DNA of 64,000 nt from Hormiphora californensis. Its lineage: Eukaryota; Animalia; Ctenophora. The translations under genes and the position numbers were made by a program. Location: the NCBI GenBank assembly GCA_020137815.1, contig CM035351.1, positions 6,324,001 to 6,388,000 of the forward strand, in the 5' to 3' direction. This document shows, one piece after another, positions 13,852-25,028 of this stretch. Under the pieces are notes generated by a model that saw nothing but the letters and a program-made list of their open reading frames with translations, ran no database searches and was not told where the DNA came from. Position 1 is the first letter of the stretch, and each line of letters starts with the position of its first letter.

Positions 13852-14945
13852 CTACCCAGGCTACAGAACCACTGAAACAACTCATTCTTGAACAATCTCT
13901 TCTTATCAGTGAAAAACGTGCTGAGTCATGCCTTTGGGAAGCTAAAGGAGCCAAGGGGAATGTACTAAAACTAAAACGAACTATTCAAAATGCCGAAAAA
14001 CAACAGGCGTGTTCACTTCTGTCTGGTACTGACAGACGTTTATTCGATGAAATATCATCTAGGGGAGCTTCAAGCTGGTTAACAGCTCTGCCTTTGAAAG
14101 AGCACGGTTTCGTCCTCAACAAACAGCAATACCGGGACGCCATCTTGCTGCGATACAACCTAAAACCTTCCCCTCGAAGATGTGCCTATTGCATGTGCTT
14201 GTGGCAAGGCGAACACTCTCGAGCACTGTCTCTCGTGTGCCCTGGGAGGATACGTGTATTTAAGGCACAACAATATCCGTGACCTTACAGCTAACATCCT
14301 CGTGGAAGCCGGCTGCAAAGACGTCCGCATTGAGCCACAGCTCCTACCCATAACTGGTGAAACATTCCAATACCGTTCTACTAACACTGCTAACAGTGCC
14401 CGTTTGGATGTTTCTGCCCGTAATGTGTGGAGTGACATGGACAAAGTTTACACTGACATCCGTGTATTCAACAGTCTTGCGCCAACCAACATCGGCAAAT
14501 CCCTCCAGGACACTATGAGGAGACACGAGAGGGAAAAGGTACTAAATTACAACGACAGAGTCCTTCAGGTCGAGAAGGCAACTTTCACACCTCTAGTCTT
14601 TTCAACAACTGGGGTTATGGGCCCCCAAGCGGAGGTGTTCTACAAGAAGGTCGCTAAACTTCTATCTGACAAAACGGGCCACACTTACAACGATGCTATC
14701 CGGTACATTCGGCTTCGGCTGTCTTTCTCGTTGTTGAAGACCATCTTAATCGCCATCAGGGGGTACAGGGGAAATAAATGGACACACTTTTGTAGTAAAA
14801 CAAACGATTTTCATCTTATTTGATATGTATGTATTTAACTTATTATGACGACAGAAGAGTAAATTTTATTTTTATAACGCTTTCTGTATAAATTATTGTA
14901 TTGACATGTTCTATTTGAACCGGTACCCCGGCTTTCGCAAACAAG
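13852..14945 (+). mobile_element. 5'-truncated CRE-clade non-LTR retrotransposon (CCHC knuckle plus restriction-like endonuclease), frameshifted near 14180
   Basis: Motifs GASSWLTALPLKEHGFVLNKQQYRDAILLRY, CACG..EHCLSCALGG..RHN.IRD, ARLDVSAR..YTDIRVFN, HEREK..Y and FTPLVFSTTG. Candidate TSD AAAATTAGTTATTCT at 13837-13851 and 15601-15615. Confidence 0.85.
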
Positions 14946-15603
14946 AATAAATGCATTATGTTTCATAATGCTATGTTTCCCCGCCAACGTTTCATTCCTA
15001 ACACGAAGGCGGGACAGACATTTCGGATCATTTATACTTCACGCAAACAGTAAAGTGCGATTTTTAATGATGCGAACGGGGGGCGCGCACTTAATTTCAT
15101 TTGTGCGTGCTAAATTCTGTTCCTGACAATCTTAAGACTTGATCCCAAAAGTATCAGAAAGATAATTTTAAGACCTTTTCAATGCAACCAAGATCAAGTT
15201 TTTATCTTATCAGGAGCCAGAGATATGATCGAAACAAAACGAAAAAAACTTTCCCACGGTGCGTGGGAAGGTTTTTTGCGCGCCCCCGGTTCACATTATT
15301 AAAAATCGGACTTTATAGAACAAATCCTTGTGTTTTAGTAGCACTAAATTGCGCGCCACATTGCGAAATTGCGCGCCACACATTTCCTGAAAAAGTGTCA
15401 ATGAAGTGGTTTATGAAGGAGCAGGTTGTTGTTGTGTGCGCGGCTCTAGTTGCTACATGTTGCCCCTCGCAACCTGAAACGGGACAAGAGAGCTGACTTG
15501 CTACACATAGTCACTATATCCGTTTAGATTTCTAAACCCCGTATGCCTTTTTGCAAAAGGCATCCGGGTGAAGGCCTTCGGCCTTCACCCGGGCGGGGAA
15601 AAA
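14946..15603 (-). mobile_element. Helentron/HINE-like non-autonomous element containing an AAGT-type MITE (about 15053-15313)
   Basis: Subterminal inverted repeat TTTCCCCGCC (14976) / GGCGGGGAAA (15592), hairpin GCATTATG-TTT-CATAATGC at 14953-14971, and a double hairpin at 15537-15598. Confidence 0.6.
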
Positions 15604-16023
15604 ATTAGTTATTCTATAAAACATCTTCCATACACTAAATCAGCGAAACCATTCCGCTGATGAGTCCGGGAATTTGAGGTTTGACTGTATAAATGACGCA
15701 TAATGAAATCGACAGTTTACTGTCCGATGTGAATCTTGAAAACATAGTAGGTATTATTCTCCGGGAGCCGCACGAGCCCGGAGCCAATCTGAACAAGTCT
15801 TGGAACTTGGTCTTGGCAAGGGAACTTTTTGTTGGAACGCGCGAAACTTTTTCCCAGCGCGCAGTAGAGAACACGCATTGTCAGCACGAGTTTCACGTGT
15901 CCTACTCACACGGGTGCTAGTGAAACATCACCAACCCCCATCGGACCCAAACCTTCTAGCCTCCCTCCCTGGCCCTCTCCCAGGTCCCACTTTAATCTAA
16001 CCACATTTCCATCCAATAGCACC

Positions 16024-16897
16024 ATGCCTCTAGACACGACGGTATCCCTGTGTCTTTCCACTGCCTTGTCGGTGACAACTCTGGCAGCCAGCCAAGTCTT
16101 CAAGGCTCAACTGGCTGAAACTAAGGGAATGACCATCTTAGCTGGTGGGCTGTGTGCTCTACTGTTCATGTTCCTGCTCACCGCTGTGGGTAACTTGGAG
16201 GGAGTGCTGCTGGGAAAAGGATTTGAACTCCGTATCTTTCCTGAAGGTAAATAATTGTGCAATATTTCGTTGTTTCAAGTTGGTAATACTGAGGATTGGA
16301 CTGCTAACATCTAGTTTATTACTAGGAATCTAACTTAATCCCCCCCAATCAGTTGTTTTCTCTCTGTTAGTGGCAATGGCAGTTGCAGGAACAGTTCATC
16401 GAGTCTCTATCACTTGCTGGTGAGTAGGTACCTGGTTGCCTTGTTCGAACCTCCCGCGCCCCGTACAGCAAGTATCTGGTACAGCTGATCATACCCTCCG
16501 GCCATAATTAAACATAACAGTGGTGCCAGGCGACTAAACCTAAATCTAGTACAGCTGATACCCCCTGATCCCTGGCTGTCATCCAAAACTGTAGTCTCTC
16601 AGTGTCACAATTCACTGCCGGTCTCTGACAAATCACCCCTATACAGTGTGATAAAGCACCTACTTATATTCTTACCCTCCTTTATAACACGCCGTGAGAG
16701 AGGGTCAAGCACCTTCCAGCTTGTTCTCTCCGTGAGTTACGTCACACACACCCACCAATTAACACAGACTCTCTCTCCCAGTTTAGGTGTTTTCCGTCAT
16801 GATACTCTACTTTATGAATGTTATTTCTGCACGAACCTACGCCTCCCATTCCTCCGCTGCGGAGCCCGTCAAGACTGAGAAAAAGAGACGAAAGTAG
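16024..16897 (+). CDS. KRTCAP2: Keratinocyte-associated protein 2 (oligosaccharyltransferase-associated KCP2), 3 exons
   Basis: MPLDTTVSLCLS...TILAGGLCALLFMFLLTAVGNLE..LGKGF...FPEV..SL.VAM..AGTVHRVSITC...LYFMNVIS...EKKRRK*, with a basic dilysine-like C-terminus and GT-AG introns. Confidence 0.92.
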
Positions 16898-17542
16898 GAA
16901 GGATGAATTGAGAGACAGATTAAAAAGCATGACATAATGTTGCTGCGTGAGAAATGACTATATAATTGGGAGCGAGTGGGTTATGGACGAGTGTATTTTT
17001 GTGTTAAAGAGAGATGTGTTTATTATGTGCTTTATTTTATTTACCAACACTAGTATATTCGAGTTTGTTTTGGCAATACCAATGGTATAATGGAATGGTT
17101 CCAACAAGGGGTCATCATGTTTCTTTCTCTCAGTCAGGGCAAGTGCTTCCCTGTCTCAATAACTCTCTCTTGTTCATGTTGCCGACATATATTCGACAAT
17201 CTCATCCTATAATAATCGACTGACTCTGACACAATGGGTGCGCTAGTCTCTATTATAAGTTGGAGATGAACGTCGTGGTGCGCTAGTCTCTTTTATAAGT
17301 TGGAGATGAACGTCGTGGTGGCCGTTCGACGTTCGTTAAGCGGTATCTAAGCGACAGTCTGCTCCTTCATAAAGCACTTTATATGACGAAAGCTGTAAAA
17401 CTGTTATTCACACTTTTGGGAGTTTATGGTTGTTTTCAAAGACCTTTTAGTAACTCAGTTACCATAATGACCCAATCAGTTGCCATGGCAACCATAAAAT
17501 TGGTGTCAGCAGTGTAAATAAAGAGGCCAACCCGGCTCCGCC

Positions 17543-17609
17543 CTGTCAGAGCATTGGCCTGACCCATTCTCGTTTCTCTCAAACTGTGGTCAGAGCATTG
17601 GCCTGACAG
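17543..17609. mobile_element. Micro-MITE (CTGTCAG ends, 8-bp TSD)
   Basis: GCTCCGCC|CTGTCAGAGCATTGGCCTGAC...GTCAGAGCATTGGCCTGACAG|GCTCCGCC. Relatives at about 20011, 21570, 23910 and 52629. Confidence 0.75.
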
Positions 17610-17983
17610 GCTCCGCCGGTTGGGTTGTCAAAACCTCTTACATTGAGGCGCACCCGGTGGGTGCGCTAGTTACATATAAGAGCAAACCAGTAGGTGAATG
17701 GGTAAATGTGATAGGTGACACGGTGGATCAATGCTAAATGTCTGTGTGAAATGAATAAATCAAGAAGAATCAGTAAAACTAATTATTTGCTATTAAAAAA
17801 TCTATCCAATTCTCACAATTTTAACAAAAAAATATTTCTAAATCACACTAGGCGTCTTAGCCCGTACAATCCAATGAAAAAAAGTTCCAATAGACCAATT
17901 ACAGACCAATTACTCATCCACAGATCAATTAATTGATTCCGTCTCAAATATCCCACAACCTTGGTTACGAAATAACCCCTCAT

Positions 17984-18444
17984 TTACCAACCACAACCTG
18001 CATGGTTGCACGCGGTGTGAATACCATTGCATCCGCTGTCACTTTTACATTGAACATATCCCCCTGCCCAGTTGCCCTTTTGGTAGCACCATTGACCCCA
18101 ACCTTCACACCATTTCCAGCAACGACCATTATAACATCCATCACTCCCTGAGATGAGAGGAGGTTATTAATTGGGTACCCATCAATTCCTTATTTACAGC
18201 GGAACCTCGATTTACCGGATAAGTTTCACTAAAAGAGGGTACAAAATCTGGGTGTTTCGTGAGTGCTGACAAACGGTTTTTTAGGGTTAGGGCTAATGTA
18301 GGGTTAGGGTTGGGGTTTGGGTTGGGGTTAGGCCTTGACATTTCCTACCAGATAAACTTTGTTTTATCCAAAGTATAAATGGCTCTTACCTTCGGCTGGC
18401 AGGGCGAAGAGCAGAAGAGCGAGGGTGCACAGAATCAGTTTCAT
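17984..18444 (-). CDS. Small secreted cysteine/tryptophan-rich peptide, 2 exons, 72 aa
   Basis: Exon 1 (18444-18390) is MKLILCTLALLLFALPAE G|gtaag, a signal peptide. Exon 2 (18147-17984) follows cag: SDGCYNGRCWKWCEGWGQWCYQKGNWAGGYVQCKSDSGCNGIHTACNHAGCGW*. Intron phases match. Confidence 0.85.
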
Positions 18445-19881
18445 AGCGGCGTAGTTGTAGTTGAGCAAGGAATTGAGATGCGTATAATATTGGTTGGTAA
18501 GGGCCCCTTTTTAAAGGGTACCTGTCCCCTCTCGATGAACCGATCTTTACCCTCCAACAAGGCAACATGAAGAACTGTCCCTTTATAAGAGCAAGTCAGT
18601 AGGAAAAATATTAATTTTAATCTAGATCTGGCACAAATTCTCAGAATGGCACACATTCTCAGAATGGCACACATTCTCAGAATGATTCTGTCTGGCGGCG
18701 GCAACCACGTTTTGATTCTCAACAGTGCGCTCAGATCAGGTCGGCGCCGCCGGACCAGAAGTTGTTAGAGTCATGCCCTGTGTCTTGGCAATATGGCTCC
18801 GTCTACCTTGTTGGACGTTGGTCCCTACATGTCTGGCACCGCCGACCCCCATCTGAGTGCATTGTCGCACGCTCAGATGAGAATTAAATCAGGGTCTGGC
18901 ACCGACAGACGGGTCCCTTCTAGCTTGATCCCCCTATCGTACAGCAAAAGAGAGGGTCAGCCTTGCTGCCGGCCACAATTAACGCCTTCATGAATGAATG
19001 GCATGATGGGGTGTGTCAAGGGGCGGATTCTACTTATTCTAATCGGAATGTAACAAGCGCCAACTAGGAATCCGATTATTTTATTAGGTGTCAGAAACAA
19101 TATCCCTCGATTCCATCGTCTATGTAAATCTCAATAGTACCGGTATGTTCATTACTCTGTCTTGAAGAAGGGCCTGGACTCTGGGGAGATACGAATATAT
19201 ACAAGCCTTGTATTGTTCATACTATACTATACAGCACAAGACAAGCCCTGTTATGTCAGTGTTGTAGTGGGGTTTTATTGCTGTAATCCTGTATTAGACA
19301 ACATTCATACCCTCGTCAATCGTCATGTTTATATTTCCCCTTTCCTGTTGTGTCACTGTATCACTGTGTCACTGTGTCAGTTTCCGTGAAACCAAAACTT
19401 TCGAGCAAACGATTAGTTATGGGTGCGGCGTGTATGACTAAGCTGTGTGTATTTGGTGACGTCATGTGTGTATTTGGTGACGTAAATGACGTCATTCAGC
19501 AGCCTTTAATATGTGATACACTACCCAGATAAGTCTCCCTACCCGCTAATCAGTATTCTAGCTCCAATCCCCATCTTGGGTTACTGTTTGAGACTGACAT
19601 CTTTAGTCGAGAGAATCTAAATTTAACTTCTTCAATGGGTCTTTGAACTTTTAAGAATGCGTGTTTGTTTACTCTCGAGGGTCCTCCCCACCCATGACCT
19701 GCTCAGCATTATGTTGCCAGAATTAACTATCGTGAAGTAGTAGTCCTAGTTGAATCGGACAGCGTATTCACTTTTATAGATTATTGATTTGGCTACTTGA
19801 TAACTAATTCCTATAGAACATTCTTCTCAAAACAAGATACCCTCAACAACCACTACACGATAACTAATATAATATAACCAG

Positions 19882-22052
19882 ATGTCCATCTTGGTGCTAC
19901 TATGCCTGGTTTTTATTCACGGGGCACACACCATGAAGGATTACACTATTGCTGGCTCTGGGTTTCTAGCACAGGAGCACTTTTGTGACCTATACAATAT
20001 CGGTGAGTAACTGTCAGAGCATTGGCCTGACCCTTTTCTCAGCGCGAGAACTGTGGTCAGAGCATTGGCCTGACAATTCTGTATGGTATAGTATGTATGG
20101 TATAACGGGTGACAACTAAAAATCTGGACAATTTTCTGTGAGCTCTAGCGCCGGCCCCGCTTGAGATACAGCTTCAGGCCAGTGATAGAACGATTTTTCA
20201 GACAATTTTGAATCAGAATAACACAACGGAAAAAACTAAAAAGTTCATTTTCATTGCGTTATCGCAACATTTCCTCTTGACCCACCAAAGCATGTGTACG
20301 GAGATTTGAGATTTCTGTGTAATCAGAAACGACCTTCCTGATGACATAAAATTCTCAAATTTGAAATAATGGTTGTTCATGCCATAACCAACATAACTGC
20401 CAAGTTTCAACATTTTAGCTTATCGGGAAGTTGGTTTTCCACGTCATAAATGTTTCGAGAGATCGTCAAAATGGCGATTTCTCAAATTACCTGTAAACTA
20501 CGCTTTGAAGGGTTTGTTACAGATGATTCTGTGATTAGAATTGAGATTATCGGAGTGTGAAATAAAGTTAATTTCGTTCAAAATCGTCTGAAAAATCATT
20601 CTATCGCTGCCCCGAAGCTGTATCTCAAAAAGAACAGGCGCTAGAGGTGCTAGAAAAGTGTGTAAATTTCAAGTACTACATGCTTTGGTGGGTCAAGAGG
20701 AAATGATGCGATAACGCAACGAAAATGAACTTTTTAGTTTTTTCCGTTGTGTTATTCTGATTCAAAATTGTCTGAAAAATCGTTCTATCACTGGCCTGAA
20801 GCTGTATCTCAAGCGGGGCCGGCGCTAGAGCTCACAGAAAATTGTCCAGATTTTTAGTTGTCACCCGTTAGTACACTGTACGGTATATCACTGTCCTCTC
20901 TCCCTCTGATCTCTAAATCTCCAACCCATACAGTTGTTAGGGGTGAAGTGGTACTAGCCCCGGCCGATCCCAATGGAAACATACCAGAGCTAGAGTCAGG
21001 GCCGAGAGGGGGTAGCCGGTGGATTCCTGTCTACCTAACAATCTCCAAGGTCTACAGGGACACCACCCAGAACAAAGATAACGAGGTTGGCAAGATCTAT
21101 AATGCCTTTACACGAGAACATGACGAGTTTGATCCTGATGTGGAGACATGGCAGTTTGGTCCTGATCTCATTGGGCAAGAGTTCCTGTTTTACTTTAACG
21201 TAAGCTCTTTACATATATCCCCCATATTAGTTATACAATAAAGAGCAGAAAATTAACAATTGGAAAAATAAGTTGACTATTCTGACATTGTTCAATTTCA
21301 ATATTTCACATCTCTCTAATAATAAGATTTACTGAACAAATTCCCTCAGAACATATCATATACTATACTATTCTGTGTCTCAATCTCTCCCCCTCTCAAT
21401 CTTTTTTGGGCACTGTAAGATTCTGAATTCCCTCAGAGTTGGGACGAGATCCTATTGGACCACAGGGTACCCAGCATAGCCAGCATTCCTTCCTACCACA
21501 AAAACATGTTGAACAAAGGAGGGTTCGACTGCTCCTGTGACGTGAATAGCTGCTACAACAGGTACACACTGTGAGAATAGGGTCAGGCCAATGCTCTGAC
21601 AGGCTAGGATATGCGTTACTGGGCGATAAAGCATGGTATAGATGATAAGTCTTGTCAAACAGGGCTGGTTCACTCCTGAGTGTCGCTAAAAGGGCATGAA
21701 AAGGAAGTATTGAGTCAATACTTCCCCGTCATCTACCCCCTTGTCAATACTATTGACCGTATTGGTACACTTTCCCTTCAGGGTAACGAAGAAGAAAGAA
21801 GGAATTCCTAAGTGCATTATAGACGGAGAAGAAGAGGAATTGGTGTCGTGTGTTAGAGACTCCTTAACTAAAGGTAACCAAGTGTTACTAAAGCGGCCAA
21901 TATGGTAACCATGGTTATCATATCAATGGTAACCCATGTGTACTGTGTAACTAACAAAAGGCGTTTCAGAATGTACATGGAAAGGTGCCAAGAGATCATG
22001 TGTCAACGTTCCCGTCTACAGCAACAAGAAGAAGAGGTTGAGGAAATTCTGA
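19882..22052 (+). CDS. Secreted TIMP/NTR-like protein, 5 exons
   Basis: Signal peptide MSILVLLCLVFIHGAHT. QEHFCDLYNIVVRGEVV resembles TIMP HPQxxFCxSDxVIRAKVV. The C-terminus GFDCSCDVNSC...KC...SCV...ECTWKG resembles the TIMP C-domain. Exon phases are consistent. Confidence 0.7.
20103..20870. mobile_element. Long-TIR palindromic MITE with TA flanks, in intron 1 of the TIMP-like gene
   Basis: TAACGGGTGACAACTAAAAATCTGG...CCAGATTTTTAGTTGTCACCCGTTA, with arms near 190 bp. Confidence 0.9.
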
Positions 22053-22298
22053 ACGGTTCTACATTACCATAGCAACCAGTGACTCTACCAGGACAACTTA
22101 CTCTCTCTCTCTCTCTCTCTCACTCTCTCTCTCTCCCTCGCTCTCACTCTCTTAGCCTAGCCGAATTGCAGGTCTCAAATATATATTCACATCTTGCATC
22201 TAACATAAACTGTAACAGGGGACTGAGTCTTCATTTTATGTACAAAGTATAAATTGTAATTTGACCTTCCCCTAATAATTATTCGTAAACAACAAAAC

Positions 22299-24543
22299 TC
22301 AGTCCATATTTGTGTCTCCTGATCCTTGGTGTGCTTGAGAAGAGCTAGGATTGCTTGGGGAGGAAGATGTCCCGATAATCTCACTGATTATATCTGCGTA
22401 GAACGGCCCGTACACACCCCTGTTGTAGCTCACTAGATGGGTGTATTTACTGGCCACACCCTGTAGGTCACTCCTGCATACCCCAAACCCGGAGGGAGCG
22501 TCACCCACTGCACCCGTACTGATCAGGGGAAATCATAAATTAGTTGTTGGGTACCTGGCTGACTTAAATTATAAATCATTGTCAGTAGTCAGTAAACTAC
22601 TAGTGTTTACAACTGATGGGCATCATTTAAAACTTGGTTCTGTATCGTCTTATAGAAGCACGATAACTTACCAGAGAGCGGCAAGGTACTGTTTAGCTCT
22701 CTCCCACAGCAAGCAGAAAACAGGATTATCACTGCTCCCCAGGGCAGCTAACATGCCCCTCACATTATCACACTCCTCAGGTCTTAGGTCACGTGACTTG
22801 ACCTCTTCCCTCACTAGATCCACACACTTCTCGGTGATGTGGGGTAGGAGCTCCCTGGGGTGGGAGATATACTCCTCCGAGCACAGCTGGTACACAACCA
22901 CCCGTACCTGTAGTAGAGATAATATTAGTAGAGAGATGGGGGATGGGTGAATTTAGACTAGTTATCACTCAAGAAGTGATTGTAATTGGTCAAAATAGAC
23001 GGAAATAAATGGGGATCTGATAGTTCATTCTGTACCTTATTGGCAAAAGAGTCATGCTGTACGACAGGTCCAATCCCCGTCTGTAGAACGATAACAGTAG
23101 CAGCACTGAACACCACAGCCTCCAATTCCTTGGCAACAGTACTAAACCGACTCTGGTCCATCGATATAGTCTCAGGGACAGGTTTCACCTAAACGGGTGG
23201 TGTTATTGTCTATTGAAATATAATGGTAAACGGACATAACGAATGATAGTCACGGCAAATGACTGTTTGAACCAGCTCTTCATCCAGTTTAGTACCTCCT
23301 CGTGTAGAAGTCGGAGGAAGGCTGTGTTGAGAACATTTGAGGGAGATACAGATTGACCTCCCTCTCTCATGAGCCGTGCTGTCTCACTGATCCAGTTCTT
23401 TGTCTTGTCCAGGGCTGAAGGGTTGTTCTCCAGGAGACTCCTAAACTTGCTCTGCTCGTACTGGACACTGTTTGCTAGGAGAGTAGGTCGGAGAGCTTTC
23501 AGTTGGTAGTTGACAAAATCCAACCGGATCAAATCAAGAGCACCGAACACCTGGTTAAAACCATTGGTTAATCAATGGTAACTCGTCTTAATTTCTCGTG
23601 TAACTCTGAGTAACTCCAAACTTGTGTAACTAGGATTTAGGAATACTCGACTCACCTCTTTGAGGACGTCAACAGGATGTGTTTTAGTGAGGATAGCGTT
23701 CACAGTGGCGTCCCTGGCAGGTGCACAGAGACCCAACATAGTCTGAACCACAAACTTTGCTACCAGGTGGAGATCAAAACTCCCCTGTTCTATCTGCTGT
23801 TTATACAGCTCGATATCCATAACCTGGAGGAAATGGGGAGTGGGTTAAAAAGTGAACAAGAAAATTGTGTAATGTGGTCAGTAAAAAGATGGCCTATACC
23901 TAATGTGTACTGTCAGAGCATTGGCCTGACCCTATTCTCATTTCTCTCAAGAGCGAGAACTGTGGTAATAACATTGGCCTGACAGAATGTGTATCCAAAC
24001 CTTTTTTCAATTCTGAGAGAATTGAAGTAGAGGTGAAACAAAAGTTTCGAGTGGTAAAGTAAATTGTCGTACCTCATTTATTTGTGCCCTAACTCGTTCT
24101 GCTTTAGCTGGCACCAGTTCCAGAAGAATCTCCTTGATCTCTGCTATTAGACGGAGACTGTGTTCAAATTCGGGCGGTGTCTTGTCAAGTGCCTCTCGTA
24201 CTGAGTCCCAGAACGCTCTGTGGAAAGGGTGTTAGAAGACTTCTGACAGAAATAATTGTTCATACACATGAGACAGTCTGAAAATGTCAAAGATAGGGGT
24301 CTAGTGAATTATAACACATCATGTACAATAATTCAGGATTTGCAATTACCTATGTACTATTTCCTTGACCTGCCCATAAATCGAACTGGGTGCCGGCATT
24401 GACATCTGCATGTTTTCGTTCATGTATAACTCATGTGCCAGCTCAAGACGAGACTTCTCATCAAGATTGCTGGACGCCTCGGACATCCTTCTTGAACTGT
24501 ATGGGCTCTTGGGAGGCTCCTGGTCCCTGTCTTCTGATGGCAT
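22299..24543 (-). CDS. TCP11L: T-complex protein 11-like (TCP11/SOK1 family), multi-exon
   Basis: LELAHELYMN..., VKEIVHRAFWDSV, MDIELYKQQIEQG, MLGLCAPARD, LIRLDFVNYQLKALRPTL..SVQYEQSKF, PVPETISMD and LVSYNRGVYGPFYADII. Confidence 0.9.
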
Positions 24544-25028
24544 ACTGATAGCTAGATAGGGTAGAGACTAGAGTTGGGTTATATATTGTGTGAACGTTGG
24601 GCTGTGCTTCATTTCGAAGCCAAGATATGAATACTCTTTAGTTGCAGTGTGTCAAGAAGAGATAAACCTCAAATAAATTCAGTACAATTAGTAAAAACTG
24701 CTCAGAAAGAATATCTTAAAGAGATGCAAAATGTTCACAAAACATATGTGCTCTGCAAGTCTCTCAACAGATTGGTTACGAAGTCACCCCTATTATTGCA
24801 TATTGCTAGCGCAGAGGGGGAATTTCATTACCAACTCAACAGATCAGTGACGACACGGAGTCCAATCCACAGATTTGAACAGTTCCAGATCCCTCTCTCG
24901 GTGAGAATGCGCGCTGTCTGTATCGCGCGCACTGTCCAGGTGTCATGTCCTCGCCCCCTCCATCATTGGTCCCTTTGTTGTTAGCCACTAGCCAGATTGA
25001 ACAATTCAAGATTTCATATTTAGCGGCG

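Noticed and set aside
13807-14933. GTACCCCGGCT direct repeat as the CRE TSD
   Set aside because: The longer AAAATTAGTTATTCT duplication abuts the start of CRE coding similarity and fits better. The 11-mer remains unexplained.
15640-15672. Hammerhead ribozyme (GAAAC and CTGATGAG close together)
   Set aside because: Only about 8 nt separate the motifs, so the required stems and cleavage triplet cannot form.
18280-18332. Telomeric TTAGGG array
   Set aside because: Short and degenerate, and similar runs recur inside dispersed elements at about 12000, 59450 and 59930; not a chromosome end.
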